The notes: generated by a model from the sequence alone, not told the origin. Shown: positions 36,601 through 46,646, counted from the first letter of the stretch. The stretch: DNA of 61,690 nt from a virus (IMGVR_UViG_3300029986_000019:1-61690); one strand, 5' to 3'. Translations and numbers: made by a program.

Positions 36601-39088
36601 CCGTTTGTCTCTGGGATAGACTGTTATTTAGATCCGTTAACGCATTACCTGTATGTGTTGAGTTATAGAAATCATCTTGTTTCTGTTTTGCATCACTAAA
36701 GGCTTTAGATATACCCCATATAGCTGCACCTAAAGCTAATATCCCCACAATAGCTAAAGCTACTGGTCCTGTTCCTGCAAGTACCGTAGCCCCTAGAGCC
36801 TCACCAAATGTACCAGCACCACCGGCTGCAAGTGCAACAGCTTCATTTATTCCACTAAAGAGTTTAGTCACTGTAGTTAGAGCCACAGGTATCTTAGTTA
36901 GAATAGAGAATAGACCAGTGAATTGATCTATAAGAACAGCAGCACCTAGACCTATTACAACTTCTTGCCATATCTTTGGTAATCCTTGGAACTGTTTCAT
37001 TAAGTCTAGGATTACATTAGCAACACCTTCAATAGCAGGTGCCATCGCTATAAAGATTTTTGTAGCTTCTATCCCAATAGGGATAAACTCTGTCTTCAGC
37101 TGATTACTAAGCCTACTAAATTGAAGTGTAGGGTCTTCAGCATTAGCTCTGTTAAAGATGGTATTTACAGATGATCCTGTATTCTCTAGTTGTCTAGCTC
37201 TTAATTCAGCTATTTCCTTTTGAAGTGCAGGTAAGTTCTGGATTTCAGATACCCCACCAATGCCCCCACGTAACGCGGACAGCTCTGGGAAGATTAAAGT
37301 TGCATTTCCCCCGGTTACGGTAGCTAAATCTTGAAAAATACCAAGCAAGTGTTTAGCTTGAATACCTTCTTGAGTGAAGTCCTTAAGAAGATCAATGTTA
37401 GAGTTTGGATTACGTAACTTGAATGCTTCCTGTAAGGCAACCAAGTGTTTAGTTGCTTCATTAGTTGGGTCTGAAATATGTGAAATAACAGACTTAACTT
37501 GTGTTACAGCTTCAGAAGCATTAAACCCTTGTTTGGATAGCTCACTGATAGCACCTGCTGCATCATAGAATGGATCTTTCATTTCAGCAGCAATAGCTAA
37601 AGCTGGACCAGCACTTGAACTAAAGTCTTGTACAGTTAAATTACCTTGTGCAGCAGCATCATGCAGTACATCCATATACCCTGCGGCATTTTTAGCACCT
37701 GCTCCCCAAATGTTTAGAGAGGTAGCTAGAGCATTAGCAATATCTTCAGCATTAGCGCCAGTTGCTACAGCCTCTTTAGTAGCTAGAGTTAATTCCTTAG
37801 TGGTATCCGCAGCATCATTTCCAAAGTTGGAAATGTGCATATAACCTTTAGCTATATCATCAAAGTTACCACCTACATTATCGCCCAGAGAAAGAACCGT
37901 AGACTTCATCTTCTCGATGTCGCCTGTTGTCATAGTGGTGTTGTCGCCAATACTCACCATATCATGTTCAAACTGATTAGACATTAATGCAGAGGCTGCA
38001 CTGACAGCTGTTATTCCAGCAGCTACGTTACCTAGTCCTGTAAATGTAGATCCAACTAGACTTGAGCCAGCTTGTTTTCCAGCCTGAACTTTATCTCTAT
38101 CAGCAAATTGTTTGGATATAACAAACGAAGAACTTGCAGCAGCTTCTTTTGAAGCATCAGCAACCATCTTCTCATACTCTATCCTGTTCTTTGCAGACTG
38201 TTTCCAACTTTCATCTATACCCTTTGATACTTTATCATTGTAGGCTTGTATCTCAGTTAGTTGATCTTTTTCAACAGCCATTAGCTGAACTTGAGTAGCT
38301 TTGTAGTCAGCACCATACTCTGTATCAGCAGCTAGTCTACGCTCTAGGAATACTTTGTAAGCTTCAGCACTAAGATTACCCTGCTCGTACTCAAACCTAG
38401 CAAGATTAGCTACAGCAGCTTTTCGTCGAGCTACTTCATCCTCTGTAGCCTTAACTTTAGCCGCTGCATCCTTTTCTATCTGTGCAGTAAGTTTCTCATT
38501 AGCAAGTTGTTCTTCTTTAGCTAATGCTATTAGTTTTTGGGATGCAGTCTCTTGTTCAGCAGTAGAGTATACTCCTGCAGGGTTAGTTAGTATTTTGGTG
38601 TTAGAATAGGTTTCTCTATCTCTAAGGTTTTGTCTCCAATTCCCACCACTAGCCACTACACTAGCTCTAAGGGCATTCTCACGTATATGTAGTTGTGCCT
38701 GAAACTCTCTAGTCTCTGCTTGCATCTGTGCTTTGCGGATATCAGCAGCAGTACGAGCCATTGTCATTTGCTCGTTGTTCAAGAGTTTAGTGTAGTCTAA
38801 CTGAATGTCAACAAACTTTTTATAAGTGTCAGCAGTCTCTTGTCCAGATCTATAGGCTAGTTCTGCCTTCTGGTTAGCTGCTTTAATCTCAAGTTCTGCC
38901 TGTTTCTGTATTGCTGCTGCTATCTTAGCAGCTTCATCAAGATAGGCTCTAGATGTAGCATCAGCGGATTGTTCGCCAACACTACTAAACTGTTTCATAA
39001 GAGCAATGGCGTCATTCAAGCTTTTTATGAATTGTCCGGCATCGGCTCTAAGCGATGCAACAACTTCAGCTACTTCATAAATAGACAT
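33671..39088 (-). CDS. Tape measure protein with an internal lysozyme-like domain
   Basis: 1805 aa, Ala/Gln/Lys-rich helical; TP901-like core; ESNLKNL..DHDSVGVFQQR..WG..AQKVQVSAFP segment. Confidence 0.92.
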   Translation of the reverse strand: MSIYEVAEVVASLRADAGQFIKSLNDAIALMKQFSSVGEQSADATSRAYLDEAAKIAAAIQKQAELEIKAANQKAELAYRSGQETADTYKKFVDIQLDYTKLLNNEQMTMARTAADIRKAQMQAETREFQAQLHIRENALRASVVASGGNWRQNLRDRETYSNTKILTNPAGVYSTAEQETASQKLIALAKEEQLANEKLTAQIEKDAAAKVKATEDEVARRKAAVANLARFEYEQGNLSAEAYKVFLERRLAADTEYGADYKATQVQLMAVEKDQLTEIQAYNDKVSKGIDESWKQSAKNRIEYEKMVADASKEAAASSSFVISKQFADRDKVQAGKQAGSSLVGSTFTGLGNVAAGITAVSAASALMSNQFEHDMVSIGDNTTMTTGDIEKMKSTVLSLGDNVGGNFDDIAKGYMHISNFGNDAADTTKELTLATKEAVATGANAEDIANALATSLNIWGAGAKNAAGYMDVLHDAAAQGNLTVQDFSSSAGPALAIAAEMKDPFYDAAGAISELSKQGFNASEAVTQVKSVISHISDPTNEATKHLVALQEAFKLRNPNSNIDLLKDFTQEGIQAKHLLGIFQDLATVTGGNATLIFPELSALRGGIGGVSEIQNLPALQKEIAELRARQLENTGSSVNTIFNRANAEDPTLQFSRLSNQLKTEFIPIGIEATKIFIAMAPAIEGVANVILDLMKQFQGLPKIWQEVVIGLGAAVLIDQFTGLFSILTKIPVALTTVTKLFSGINEAVALAAGGAGTFGEALGATVLAGTGPVALAIVGILALGAAIWGISKAFSDAKQKQDDFYNSTHTGNALTDLNNSLSQRQTELASDQSTYRFRTMPDNVKNRDAQDQYFITELSQIKANMGTGNTSVLDTRITDITGKIAAYQADLTKMQAQYSTPAGQRNNELQGNMQKVQDRLAQLNSTLSTYNELKQLDLRSAPTYTGSDSSSSIAQTIVETGEKMGATKAQILSAIETGIVESNLKNLPNLGKHNDHDSVGVFQQRAGETDKWGSVADMMDPAKSAASYYRHLIPGWDSSKTPGENAQKVQVSAFPKRYDQHQLDAEALLNKYYTGSDTSNTSGGVNPVTPDYLDKFNANQKIALTDAKELAKQKKEALTQYNDEIVKLEKILALKVKAQPFDSSNYLDSAMFDLHHKLGPVNTPAHAKVLEGVANQLDAASHAKYAENITDKASSALDKAQDPTPTWLKNLMSNIPGITQDMWKQLGTVGKKLADGLTEAQEKLKVFSESIEVANANTIAHAALVKAQYDDRLSLPENKALKTAVGDAGGVDKWMQMGDGSSPAQKVFLQGAQQQLNTEDEKFLRDLKAAHEKAISDFNKKYNPSLYDAGQEAVDEYHKTNPISGGGQVEDQIRANANQTEAQSSYDPIMSEIQKVKEGTEGLKFALSDMYNPAQKAVDEWANTNSVAIASIRKNLGDAADTAISSTEDMIRAYTVAQQKSDLQLSTQTMTDKLSGEQNMNRLYSSSGDQAVAAWENSPEGKSFINSLGADSQAILDHEAAIKKVTNAEAALAVAEQARQTLLSGSVEAIMGGLQAGLFGNPQATGQLQTQKYDEQSQLMQYQMQQLQWKQSYPNDANDPYTQRIQQIQQQIQKTQDQLNQMGNSFGAVFTRIFDSIYQTFVKTLQKIAMAYIQSQLMQLLQKGLSGLGSSSGGGGFWGAVSSGIGAVLGIAGGSAKSGGTSGGSTPPFMGIPTAANGWEVPGMEGLGDVYPAMLKPKEVVLPVPLAKGLKGMIAANGASGIGGGMNVTNNTVNQYITTPDIRGFRSSAATQRQQALKLIRP

Positions 39089-39106
39089 AAACTCTCGCCA
39101 TCTTTC

Positions 39107-39334
39107 TTACTCATAATCCGGGTAGGTTTGTCGGATTATATTAGTTACTTCTGCGCAGACTATACCCCACTGTGTCCAGTCACCATACTCAGTATCTATT
39201 GGTCGATCTACCAATTCAAATGTTGAACAGTTTAATGCTTTAGCTGCTCTAGACAACATGAACTGATCACAATAGATACCGTATGACCCACCGGACAGTA
39301 CCCATTCGGCTATACCCTGCGCTATTCCTTTGGG
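39107..39334 (-). CDS. -1 frameshift extension of the tail assembly chaperone (gpGT-like)
   Basis: Slippery C CCA AAG at 39328-39334. The -1 frame is open (GIAQGIAEWVLSGG...TYPDYE) to TAA at 39107, 19 nt before the TMP start. Confidence 0.85.
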   Translation of the reverse strand, partial: PKGIAQGIAEWVLSGGSYGIYCDQFMLSRAAKALNCSTFELVDRPIDTEYGDWTQWGIVCAEVTNIIRQTYPDYE

Positions 39335-39885
39335 GGTGAGTAGACTTCAGTATGCTTGTTAAGGATAGCATAGAGAATATCCCTATCTGGATCTGCTTTC
39401 ATCACAGCCTCTACAGTTAGTGGAATTGGTTCACCTTCAAAGGTAGCATCCCACTTACCTACTAGACGAACTACAGTGTGTACTGTAGCATAAAGCCCTC
39501 TAGTGGCTACCTTACGTTTCTCCATGATAGGCTCTTTAACACGTTCACCTTTATCGTTTACGTATTCTTTGAACTCACCTGTCTCTACAAGTTGTTCTTC
39601 CGTAAACTCTTCGCTGATCCGCTGCTCACGGAATGCTTCCTCCATACCTGGAGTAGCATAGTTTTTTCTAAACCATATAGTGACAAAGCTTTCCTTTTCC
39701 AACTCACGACGTTGCTTATCTTCATTGGTAATAGGGTCTACATAACTCTCCATGATATACTTACCATCAGGGCCTACATTGTTGGTAGGAAGGAAGATAT
39801 CATAGGGTCCACGTAGTTCATTCTTGCGCGAAGCAAAATCGCCACGTACAACAACATTAGGTTGTACTGTTTTCTTTGTAGTCAT
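39322..39885 (-). CDS. Tail assembly chaperone (gpG-like)
   Basis: Between tail tube and TMP; WDATFEGEPIPLTVE motif; ends at the slippery site. Confidence 0.8.
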   Translation of the reverse strand: MTTKKTVQPNVVVRGDFASRKNELRGPYDIFLPTNNVGPDGKYIMESYVDPITNEDKQRRELEKESFVTIWFRKNYATPGMEEAFREQRISEEFTEEQLVETGEFKEYVNDKGERVKEPIMEKRKVATRGLYATVHTVVRLVGKWDATFEGEPIPLTVEAVMKADPDRDILYAILNKHTEVYSPPKE

Positions 39886-39958
39886 CAGGGTGGTGTCCTT
39901 TCAAGACGTGAAGGCCAAAGGTTAGTTTGGCCCTCGGGGTTATTTTCTCTGGGAATGA

Positions 39959-40954
39959 TTATAGTGTAGCTAATCCACAAACTGCTGTACAGTTTATGTC
40001 GCCATTAACTACATCTTCTGCGGAGTAGAAGTCGTACTTTGAAACATATAGACTGTCTGTTTCGTCATTAGTTTCACCGCTAACACTCATGCACATAGTG
40101 TAGAGTATACTGGCGTAGGTGTTAGCCATAGATACAGTAGCTAGTAATGGTCCTGTACCTTGTATCTGAAGATACCCTAGAGCACCTGTCTCTAGTTGTG
40201 CAAGGAACTGATCACTCTCAGTACCTTTAGCTACAGTTATTTGTCCTGTTATGTCAGGGATTTTCTCTAGAATGCCACCAAAACTTGTGGTAGCATCGTC
40301 AATGAAGAACTGGCCCATGTACTTGGATTTCACGTTAAACTCTATCTCTTTGCTTGTCAAGAGTTTACCAGTACCTAAGTCAGAGTATGCAGCTGCATAG
40401 CTAACCCTAAAGTCTCCGAAGTTAACTAGATTAGCAGCAATGACTGTTGGGCTAGCAGTAAGAGTAATGTTTTGTGAAGGGTATAGACCAAATCCTGTGA
40501 GACCATACTCGCAACTTGCTTGGCTTACCTTAAAGGTAAAGTCCATAGCAGTAGCAAAAGCTATCCTGTCGTTGAACCCTTGATTATTACCATACTCTAT
40601 AGTCATGGTTTGCGGAGTATCAACGTTTGTTGAGCTCATTGTCTTTCCATAAGAGAAAGCTTCAGAAGCAACAACAACACTAGGTGTAATAGCAGATATC
40701 CCGTAGATCATGCTGATCCAATAAGGCATGATATTGTATGATGTTTTTCCTGCTATGTCAAAGCTAGAACTTCGCTTACCTAACTGAGTTCCAATTGCAG
40801 ACTTGTGACCGTCGTTATCCGCCTTCTGAGTATTGTTATCTCTCTTAGTCGGTTTCATCGTAGCGTTTTTGAACTTCTTATCAGCAGGTACAGCCGTTCC
40901 CGGTGTAGTCTCTAGTCCAATTTGAAATCCACGCATTGTCTTTGCAATAAGCAT
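39959..40954 (-). CDS. Major tail tube protein
   Basis: QIGLETTPGTAV N-terminus, TMTIEYG; position before the chaperone. Confidence 0.8.
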   Translation of the reverse strand: MLIAKTMRGFQIGLETTPGTAVPADKKFKNATMKPTKRDNNTQKADNDGHKSAIGTQLGKRSSSFDIAGKTSYNIMPYWISMIYGISAITPSVVVASEAFSYGKTMSSTNVDTPQTMTIEYGNNQGFNDRIAFATAMDFTFKVSQASCEYGLTGFGLYPSQNITLTASPTVIAANLVNFGDFRVSYAAAYSDLGTGKLLTSKEIEFNVKSKYMGQFFIDDATTSFGGILEKIPDITGQITVAKGTESDQFLAQLETGALGYLQIQGTGPLLATVSMANTYASILYTMCMSVSGETNDETDSLYVSKYDFYSAEDVVNGDINCTAVCGLATL

Positions 40955-40972
40955 TGTAATTCCTTTCTCTTT

Positions 40973-41755
40973 CTATCCCAGAAAAGTAGCAGACGCTATA
41001 TTAGAGGGTCCACTTTCAATTGTACCTATCCTATACACTATACGTGTATCAGACGATCTATGATCCCATGCAGGTTTTATACCAATATCTATTCCTGCTA
41101 GACTATTGATACCAGCTATGACCCATGGCCCCCCAACAGGGCCGCTAACACTTACATTACCTGCACCAATGTTTACACAACTCTCTAATGCAGACTGTAT
41201 AGCTATAGCGGGTGCGGTATATGAGATAGCTACTGTTGAGGTATCAGAAGTGTCTGGTACTGAAACCTGTAAACTAAACATACCAGAAGTGTTGTGAGGA
41301 TTTACTAATCTAAGTTGATTAGACACTACAGCAGTTGTCATGTAGTAACTGTATAATTTACCTATGTCTAGGTAATGAGTGCCTACACTCTTGTCTGTAT
41401 ACGTAACATCTTCTAGTCCTTCAAACACAAAAGGCTGTACATGAAGTCTTTTGAATGTTCCATTACCTACCTCTCTTAATTGATAACGGTATATAGAGTA
41501 GCCTCTGTACACGTAAGGAGAGAGTGATCTTGGAATTCCCCAGTCTAATCTTATGCCTTCATTAGCTACATAGGTTGCTGTTAGAGGTAAAGGAGAAGGG
41601 ATACCGTATGCACAAACAATGAGACCTAGTTGTCTTATCTTTACGTTTGAGGCATTTCTAGCGGAAACAATAAGACCTAGTTGTCTTATCTTAGCTATAG
41701 GGTCTTGTCTTACTGATACTATTAACCCTAACTGGCTTACTTGTGCTATATACAA
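40973..41755 (-). CDS. Putative virion protein (N-terminal QLGLIV repeats, Fn3-like part, inserted repeat domain)
   Basis: Three ..QLGLIVS/C.. repeats; LDW..GYSIYR..YTD..YSYY..ESGPSN Fn3-like pattern. Start codon uncertain. Confidence 0.6.
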   Translation of the reverse strand: MYIAQVSQLGLIVSVRQDPIAKIRQLGLIVSARNASNVKIRQLGLIVCAYGIPSPLPLTATYVANEGIRLDWGIPRSLSPYVYRGYSIYRYQLREVGNGTFKRLHVQPFVFEGLEDVTYTDKSVGTHYLDIGKLYSYYMTTAVVSNQLRLVNPHNTSGMFSLQVSVPDTSDTSTVAISYTAPAIAIQSALESCVNIGAGNVSVSGPVGGPWVIAGINSLAGIDIGIKPAWDHRSSDTRIVYRIGTIESGPSNIASATFLG

Positions 41756-41757
41756 TT

Positions 41758-42786
41758 TTATGCCGTCCTTTTAACACCAAGTTCTAATTGTGTCTCAATT
41801 TCTGTAGGTGTCCATGCAATTCCAGTAAGTGGACTTAGACTATAGTGATCTGGGATGAACATCTGCTCTGATGTAGTAAAGGCTATACTTGTTCCAGAAG
41901 CATCTCCTGCTCCACTATGGAGAACAGAGTTTATAGTTGATCCACCACCACTATCGTTGTTTCCACAGTAGACAGGAGAAACACATAATATAGTTGAAGC
42001 AGTTCCGGGTAGAGTAAATGAAGAAACTCTCTCAGTTAGTGGAAGTCCAGTAGGCGGAGCACTTATGTAGTCAGTGTTTGTTTCAGGAGTAATAGTGTTT
42101 ACACTTTGCCATGCTGAAGCTCCACCACTATACGACCATTCATCAACAGTTCCTAGTGCTTCTCCTGTAACAAAGTATAGAGATTGATCTCCATCATATG
42201 TGTTACTGTATGCTCCTGTAGTATCATTGATGTAGATATCATCACAGTATACTGTACCATTTACTCCACCTGAGATATAAGCAATCTGATCTGCACTTGT
42301 GTTTAGACCGGTAAGAGTAAGAATTACATCTCCTGCTTGTTTTACTTCTATACTCCCTACTGTTGCACTTTGCACTACATGGAACTCGTAGTAATTCCAT
42401 ACTCCTGCTACAACAACACCTGTTGCACTTGTTCCAACTAGGGTATTGTTGTGGTCATATACTTCAAGTGCCCCAGAAGTAGTACACGCAACAAAGAATA
42501 CTTGTGCTTGAGCAGTGTCTAGCATTCCCCATCCTGTGTTAGAATACCCAGGTAGTGTGTTCCATTGAAGTCTTACACCATGTATCACTTCAGAAGATGT
42601 AAACCCTATTGGTTTCTTTATAGCACCATTACCAAATTGAGAAACTTGTATACAGTTTCCAGTAGCCCCAGAAATACCACTAACTACTCCGGGTGGCGGA
42701 GATCCTCCATACACTGACCATAGTCCTAGTGAGCCTATAGCAACACTATATACATCTCCACATGTATCTACAAATCTCCTTGCCAT
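41758..42786 (-). CDS. Putative virion protein (ConA/LamG-like beta domain)
   Basis: G/S/T-rich; WNYYEFHV, YCDDIYIND, P.TG.AWT..E. Confidence 0.65.
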   Translation of the reverse strand: MARRFVDTCGDVYSVAIGSLGLWSVYGGSPPPGVVSGISGATGNCIQVSQFGNGAIKKPIGFTSSEVIHGVRLQWNTLPGYSNTGWGMLDTAQAQVFFVACTTSGALEVYDHNNTLVGTSATGVVVAGVWNYYEFHVVQSATVGSIEVKQAGDVILTLTGLNTSADQIAYISGGVNGTVYCDDIYINDTTGAYSNTYDGDQSLYFVTGEALGTVDEWSYSGGASAWQSVNTITPETNTDYISAPPTGLPLTERVSSFTLPGTASTILCVSPVYCGNNDSGGGSTINSVLHSGAGDASGTSIAFTTSEQMFIPDHYSLSPLTGIAWTPTEIETQLELGVKRTA

Positions 42787-42791
42787 ATCGT

Positions 42792-43298
42792 TTAGCCTCC
42801 TGGCTGGTAATAAGTTATCTCGTACTCACCACCTAGATGAGCATAGTTTACACCATCTTGAAATACTATATACTTTAGTGCTTTCTTCCTTACCATACTA
42901 ACAACCATAAGTTGTTTAGCACTATTGTCAGGGTCAGTATATAGCTCTTGGCATTTAGGTCTGCCAGCACTAATGTCTATTTGGTTCTGCCAGTCAAATA
43001 GTCTATCTATTTGATCCGCTGCATCCTCAAGAACACTAAAGTCTGTACCTTCAATAACTACCTTTACTTGATACTGGTCTATATTCCACAATCTTTGCCC
43101 AAAATTACCTAAGTCTGGTTTGTCACTACTGAGCACAAACATTGCAGACATTGCTGTTAGAGATAATCCCGGATCAATAGGGATTACTTCTTCGTAAAAC
43201 ATTGTAGTAGGGTATGTGGTGTGCCAATAAGTATCAGCAGTTAGAGTACTGTATATGAACTTAGCTAAAGTACTTAGTTCATTCATAGGGACTGTCAT
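42792..43298 (-). CDS. Tail terminator / completion protein
   Basis: YQVKVV..AADQIDRL..HLGGEYEI; synteny. Confidence 0.65.
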   Translation of the reverse strand: MTVPMNELSTLAKFIYSTLTADTYWHTTYPTTMFYEEVIPIDPGLSLTAMSAMFVLSSDKPDLGNFGQRLWNIDQYQVKVVIEGTDFSVLEDAADQIDRLFDWQNQIDISAGRPKCQELYTDPDNSAKQLMVVSMVRKKALKYIVFQDGVNYAHLGGEYEITYYQPGG

Positions 43299-43798
43299 TC
43301 TGTTTGTCCTTTAGTGATAACTGCTTTAACTAGAAGTCCACTGTATATAGTCTTTATCTCATTAGCAAAAACTTTACTAGTAGTAGCAACAGCAGGTGAC
43401 ATAAAAGGTTTCCTACCTTGATGTCCTTCTTCATTAGCCATACCGTGTACTGCTCCAACTACTACCCATAACTCTTCTGGATTTTCAGGTCTGACTTCAT
43501 CAAAGAAATTATACCTAGACTTCTTGCTAATTCTCACACCTTTAGGTGTTCTCCCTAGCTTAAAAGCTTGAGCACTTAGGATTTCAGCATTAGCTTTAGC
43601 TTCAGCGTACTCTGAGTAGTCAACGCCGACTATATGAATACTTTCAGCCATGAACCCTGTGTCTTTTTCAGCTATCTCATAGGCTTTATCTTTTAAGGCT
43701 TGAGCACCTACCATAGTAGCTGTACCTAAAGACTGTGTTATTTTATCTTTAAGGACTTGTAAGCCTCTAACGTTCATGGTGATACGTTTGTTAGACAC
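43295..43798 (-). CDS. HK97 gp10-like neck protein
   Basis: A..DTGFMAESI..V.A.HG..NE.G..KPFMSPA. Confidence 0.75.
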   Translation of the reverse strand: MSNKRITMNVRGLQVLKDKITQSLGTATMVGAQALKDKAYEIAEKDTGFMAESIHIVGVDYSEYAEAKANAEILSAQAFKLGRTPKGVRISKKSRYNFFDEVRPENPEELWVVVGAVHGMANEEGHQGRKPFMSPAVATTSKVFANEIKTIYSGLLVKAVITKGQTE

Positions 43799-44211
43799 TA
43801 CACTACTACCTCTATTAGTATTTCTATGTCGATGTCATCACTTTCTATATCGACATTAAGTACCCTGTACCTTTCAACAGTACCTAAAGGATTTCCTGCT
43901 GATGTTTCGAACTCATCTTTTATCTTAGGCATGATAGAGTTCTGTTTAACCCATACCCTAGATAAGTACAGATACCGGATAACTTTTTCAGCTTCAATGT
44001 TATCTTTTTCTCTTTGAGGAATTAATCCTTTAACCTGAACATCTACCCTACAGGGTATGTTGGTAATAGCTGTGCTAAAACTCTGTTGCACTCCGCCTCT
44101 ATTACTCATGACAACTACAAAAGGGTATAGTGTACCAGTATCGACATTAGTGTCATCGTTAAGAGCAACCATGTCATCCCACATACCTGATACCATTAGG
44201 TCTGTAAACAT
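43798..44211 (-). CDS. Head-closure (stopper) protein
   Basis: IPCRVD..KIKDEF..YRVLNV; synteny. Confidence 0.6.
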   Translation of the reverse strand: MFTDLMVSGMWDDMVALNDDTNVDTGTLYPFVVVMSNRGGVQQSFSTAITNIPCRVDVQVKGLIPQREKDNIEAEKVIRYLYLSRVWVKQNSIMPKIKDEFETSAGNPLGTVERYRVLNVDIESDDIDIEILIEVVV

Positions 44212-45050
44212 TACATTTCACTCCCACCTTCACCACCAAAGTTGTCACCCCAACCAGCAAAACCTCCATAGTAGTCCCAAACTCCATTAAGACTAAACCC
44301 TCGACCACCGCCGGGTAGTACTATCCATCCAGCTAAAGGATGGAAATTACCTCTAGCAAGATCCCCCCTACTCATAGTCTCATCCCCTGCTCTGTCTTTA
44401 GCAGCAGCACATCTAATCTCTGGGATGTTACTTTCTAGAGTTTCCATACCTTGATCCCACCAAAGCTTTTCAAGTGTAAACTCTTGTTTAGCCCCAGGGC
44501 TATAGTTTACTTGTGTTGTTCCTTTTTTAAACAACAGTACTTCGCCTGTAGGTCTCTTACCTCCAATATAGGGTCTTACAGTAGAAGCCAATAGTTTAGC
44601 CCCGCCTTGATCAAACCCTTGTTGGTATGTTGTTGTAAACTGGTAGTATGGAACTAAACCTTGTCCTGCATAAGTAGCCATCTTCAGTACAAGGTTGGCA
44701 TACTCATAGTCTAGTTTACAATCCGGCATCTGTTGTATATTCGTTCCCAGAAGATTACGGGCCACCGAAAAAACATCGGTCCATGGAACAAAAAATATAA
44801 ATGTAAAGTTTACAGTCTGTCCACTAACTATTCCTTGAAACCTACCTTGATGTAATCCACCCATAGTAGGCACAAACATTGCAGTAAACTTTTGTCCAGT
44901 AGGACTTGTACCGGAGGGAGAGATAGATGCTACCGCAGAGTATATAGTGCCATCTGGTTGTGTCACTATAATGTTAGGACTTGTAAGTGTGAATGTTACA
45001 TTTAAATCTACATTCTTTGTTAAAGCCATTAATGATCCTACATTAGACAT
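44211..45050 (-). CDS. Head-tail adaptor with an N-terminal Ig-like extension
   Basis: Synteny after the capsid gene; VTQPDGT..F..FVPT.GG.H Ig-like N-terminus, helical C-terminus. Confidence 0.55.
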   Translation of the reverse strand: MSNVGSLMALTKNVDLNVTFTLTSPNIIVTQPDGTIYSAVASISPSGTSPTGQKFTAMFVPTMGGLHQGRFQGIVSGQTVNFTFIFFVPWTDVFSVARNLLGTNIQQMPDCKLDYEYANLVLKMATYAGQGLVPYYQFTTTYQQGFDQGGAKLLASTVRPYIGGKRPTGEVLLFKKGTTQVNYSPGAKQEFTLEKLWWDQGMETLESNIPEIRCAAAKDRAGDETMSRGDLARGNFHPLAGWIVLPGGGRGFSLNGVWDYYGGFAGWGDNFGGEGGSEM

Positions 45051-45071
45051 TAGTTCTCTCCCTCCTTTACA

Positions 45072-45446
45072 TTAAGCGTTAGGTTCGTCGTCCACATATC
45101 TGTCAGGATCAAGCACTCTAGGCTTGTTGGTTTTAGGATCAATGTCATCAACATCAATCTCATGTCCTTCAGCATTTACAGTCTCACCAAGTTTAGTGTG
45201 ACGATAGTTATGGGCTATAATAAGCCCACCCTTTACAGGACTTTGATCATAGAGTGGAGCACCAGTGTCTGGATCAATACTCCCATTGTGTTCAACATCC
45301 CAATCTTCAGTAGGGTCATAGACACTAGCCTGAGATACCATTCTAACAACAGGTATATCAGACTTTGCTTTCTTCACTGGTATCTGTGACTTTCCGGTTC
45401 TCACCTTATCCACAGTAGATGCTACTTTATCTTTCAGTACCGGCAT
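45072..45446 (-). CDS. Hypothetical protein after the capsid gene
   Basis: 124 aa, AAGGAG RBS. Confidence 0.65.
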   Translation of the reverse strand: MPVLKDKVASTVDKVRTGKSQIPVKKAKSDIPVVRMVSQASVYDPTEDWDVEHNGSIDPDTGAPLYDQSPVKGGLIIAHNYRHTKLGETVNAEGHEIDVDDIDPKTNKPRVLDPDRYVDDEPNA

Positions 45447-45533
45447 TTCAGAACTCCTTTAAGCGGTGGGTCCGCTTTTTCTGGGAATGATTATAGTGTA
45501 GTATCTATAGACTAAACACTACACTTAATCTAA

Positions 45534-46646
45534 TTACAATCCTAGCAGTGCAGGACTTGGCATAACGTAAGTGGAACCGTTGATATATCCAACGGCCGCT
45601 GATGTGCGGTAGTAGATACCCATACCAAACTCTCTACGCCATTCCTTACCATATAGCGGGAACTTCTCATCCTCATACGCTATACCTAATTCACCAGCAC
45701 CTTCAGCTTCAGGGCCACCATTAGGCTGAGTACCGCGAACACGCATCACGACCGCAGGCTTTTTGGTGTTCTCCATGAATGACCATATGTAGCCCTGTAG
45801 CATGTAGGGTTTAACCCAAACTTCAGATCCCCTGAAGAAACCGACAAGTCGGTTGTTTACAGGAATAGGGTCTAGAACACCATCTCCATACTCTTGGTTG
45901 TTGGCACGAATAACGTGAGTTTCAACCAGAGCCTTGAAGTCTGCCAGTGCAGATACTGCTGGTAGGTCTGCTCTGTTAATCCAGACTGTACACTGTCCAT
46001 CAGCTTCATGCTCTACTACCGTTTCTACTAGAGCGGCTAAGAAGGAGTTTGTAACTCCCGCAGAGGCTAGGTAGTGGTTGTGTACAAGTGGGTCATAGAT
46101 TTCACCGTTTGGTCCGGGAGGTATGTTTGCACCATCAGCATTGACTAGAGCCTTTATAGGCAGTACAAACGTACCATCAACATGGTCTACCAAGTAGTCA
46201 GGAAATGAATAGTTGATACCCATCATCATGGCTAGCTTTATGTGAGCAATAAGCGCGATCTTATCAGCAGTAACCGCAGCATCAATCTGTGCAGCTAGTT
46301 CTGAAGCATTCTTATTCTTCCAGTATAGTCTTGACCATTGCAAGGCAATACCGTAGTCCTCTAGAGGGAAACCAACCCTAGAGAACTTTTTGCTTTTCTG
46401 TGGGTTTGCAACTCCCATTTCATCTATACGCTGCATCTTCATGGTAATTGATCCACCATAAAGTCTCAGTCGGTCTGTACTCCGCCCAACAAACTTATCA
46501 AGAAACAGTCTAGACTGTTCGTTGTAAGTGTTGAGTAGAGATGCTACTGCATCCCACGCATGTTCAATACCAAACGTTGGGATACTTTGCTGTGAAGAAG
46601 CTAGGGTATCCCACGAGGTATTTGTGCCAAAGTTAGGCAAAGACAT
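45534..46646 (-). CDS. Major capsid protein
   Basis: 370 aa after scaffold and decoration genes; DEMG..QK..GFPL, HNHY, RREFGMG. Confidence 0.8.
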   Translation of the reverse strand: MSLPNFGTNTSWDTLASSQQSIPTFGIEHAWDAVASLLNTYNEQSRLFLDKFVGRSTDRLRLYGGSITMKMQRIDEMGVANPQKSKKFSRVGFPLEDYGIALQWSRLYWKNKNASELAAQIDAAVTADKIALIAHIKLAMMMGINYSFPDYLVDHVDGTFVLPIKALVNADGANIPPGPNGEIYDPLVHNHYLASAGVTNSFLAALVETVVEHEADGQCTVWINRADLPAVSALADFKALVETHVIRANNQEYGDGVLDPIPVNNRLVGFFRGSEVWVKPYMLQGYIWSFMENTKKPAVVMRVRGTQPNGGPEAEGAGELGIAYEDEKFPLYGKEWRREFGMGIYYRTSAAVGYINGSTYVMPSPALLGL

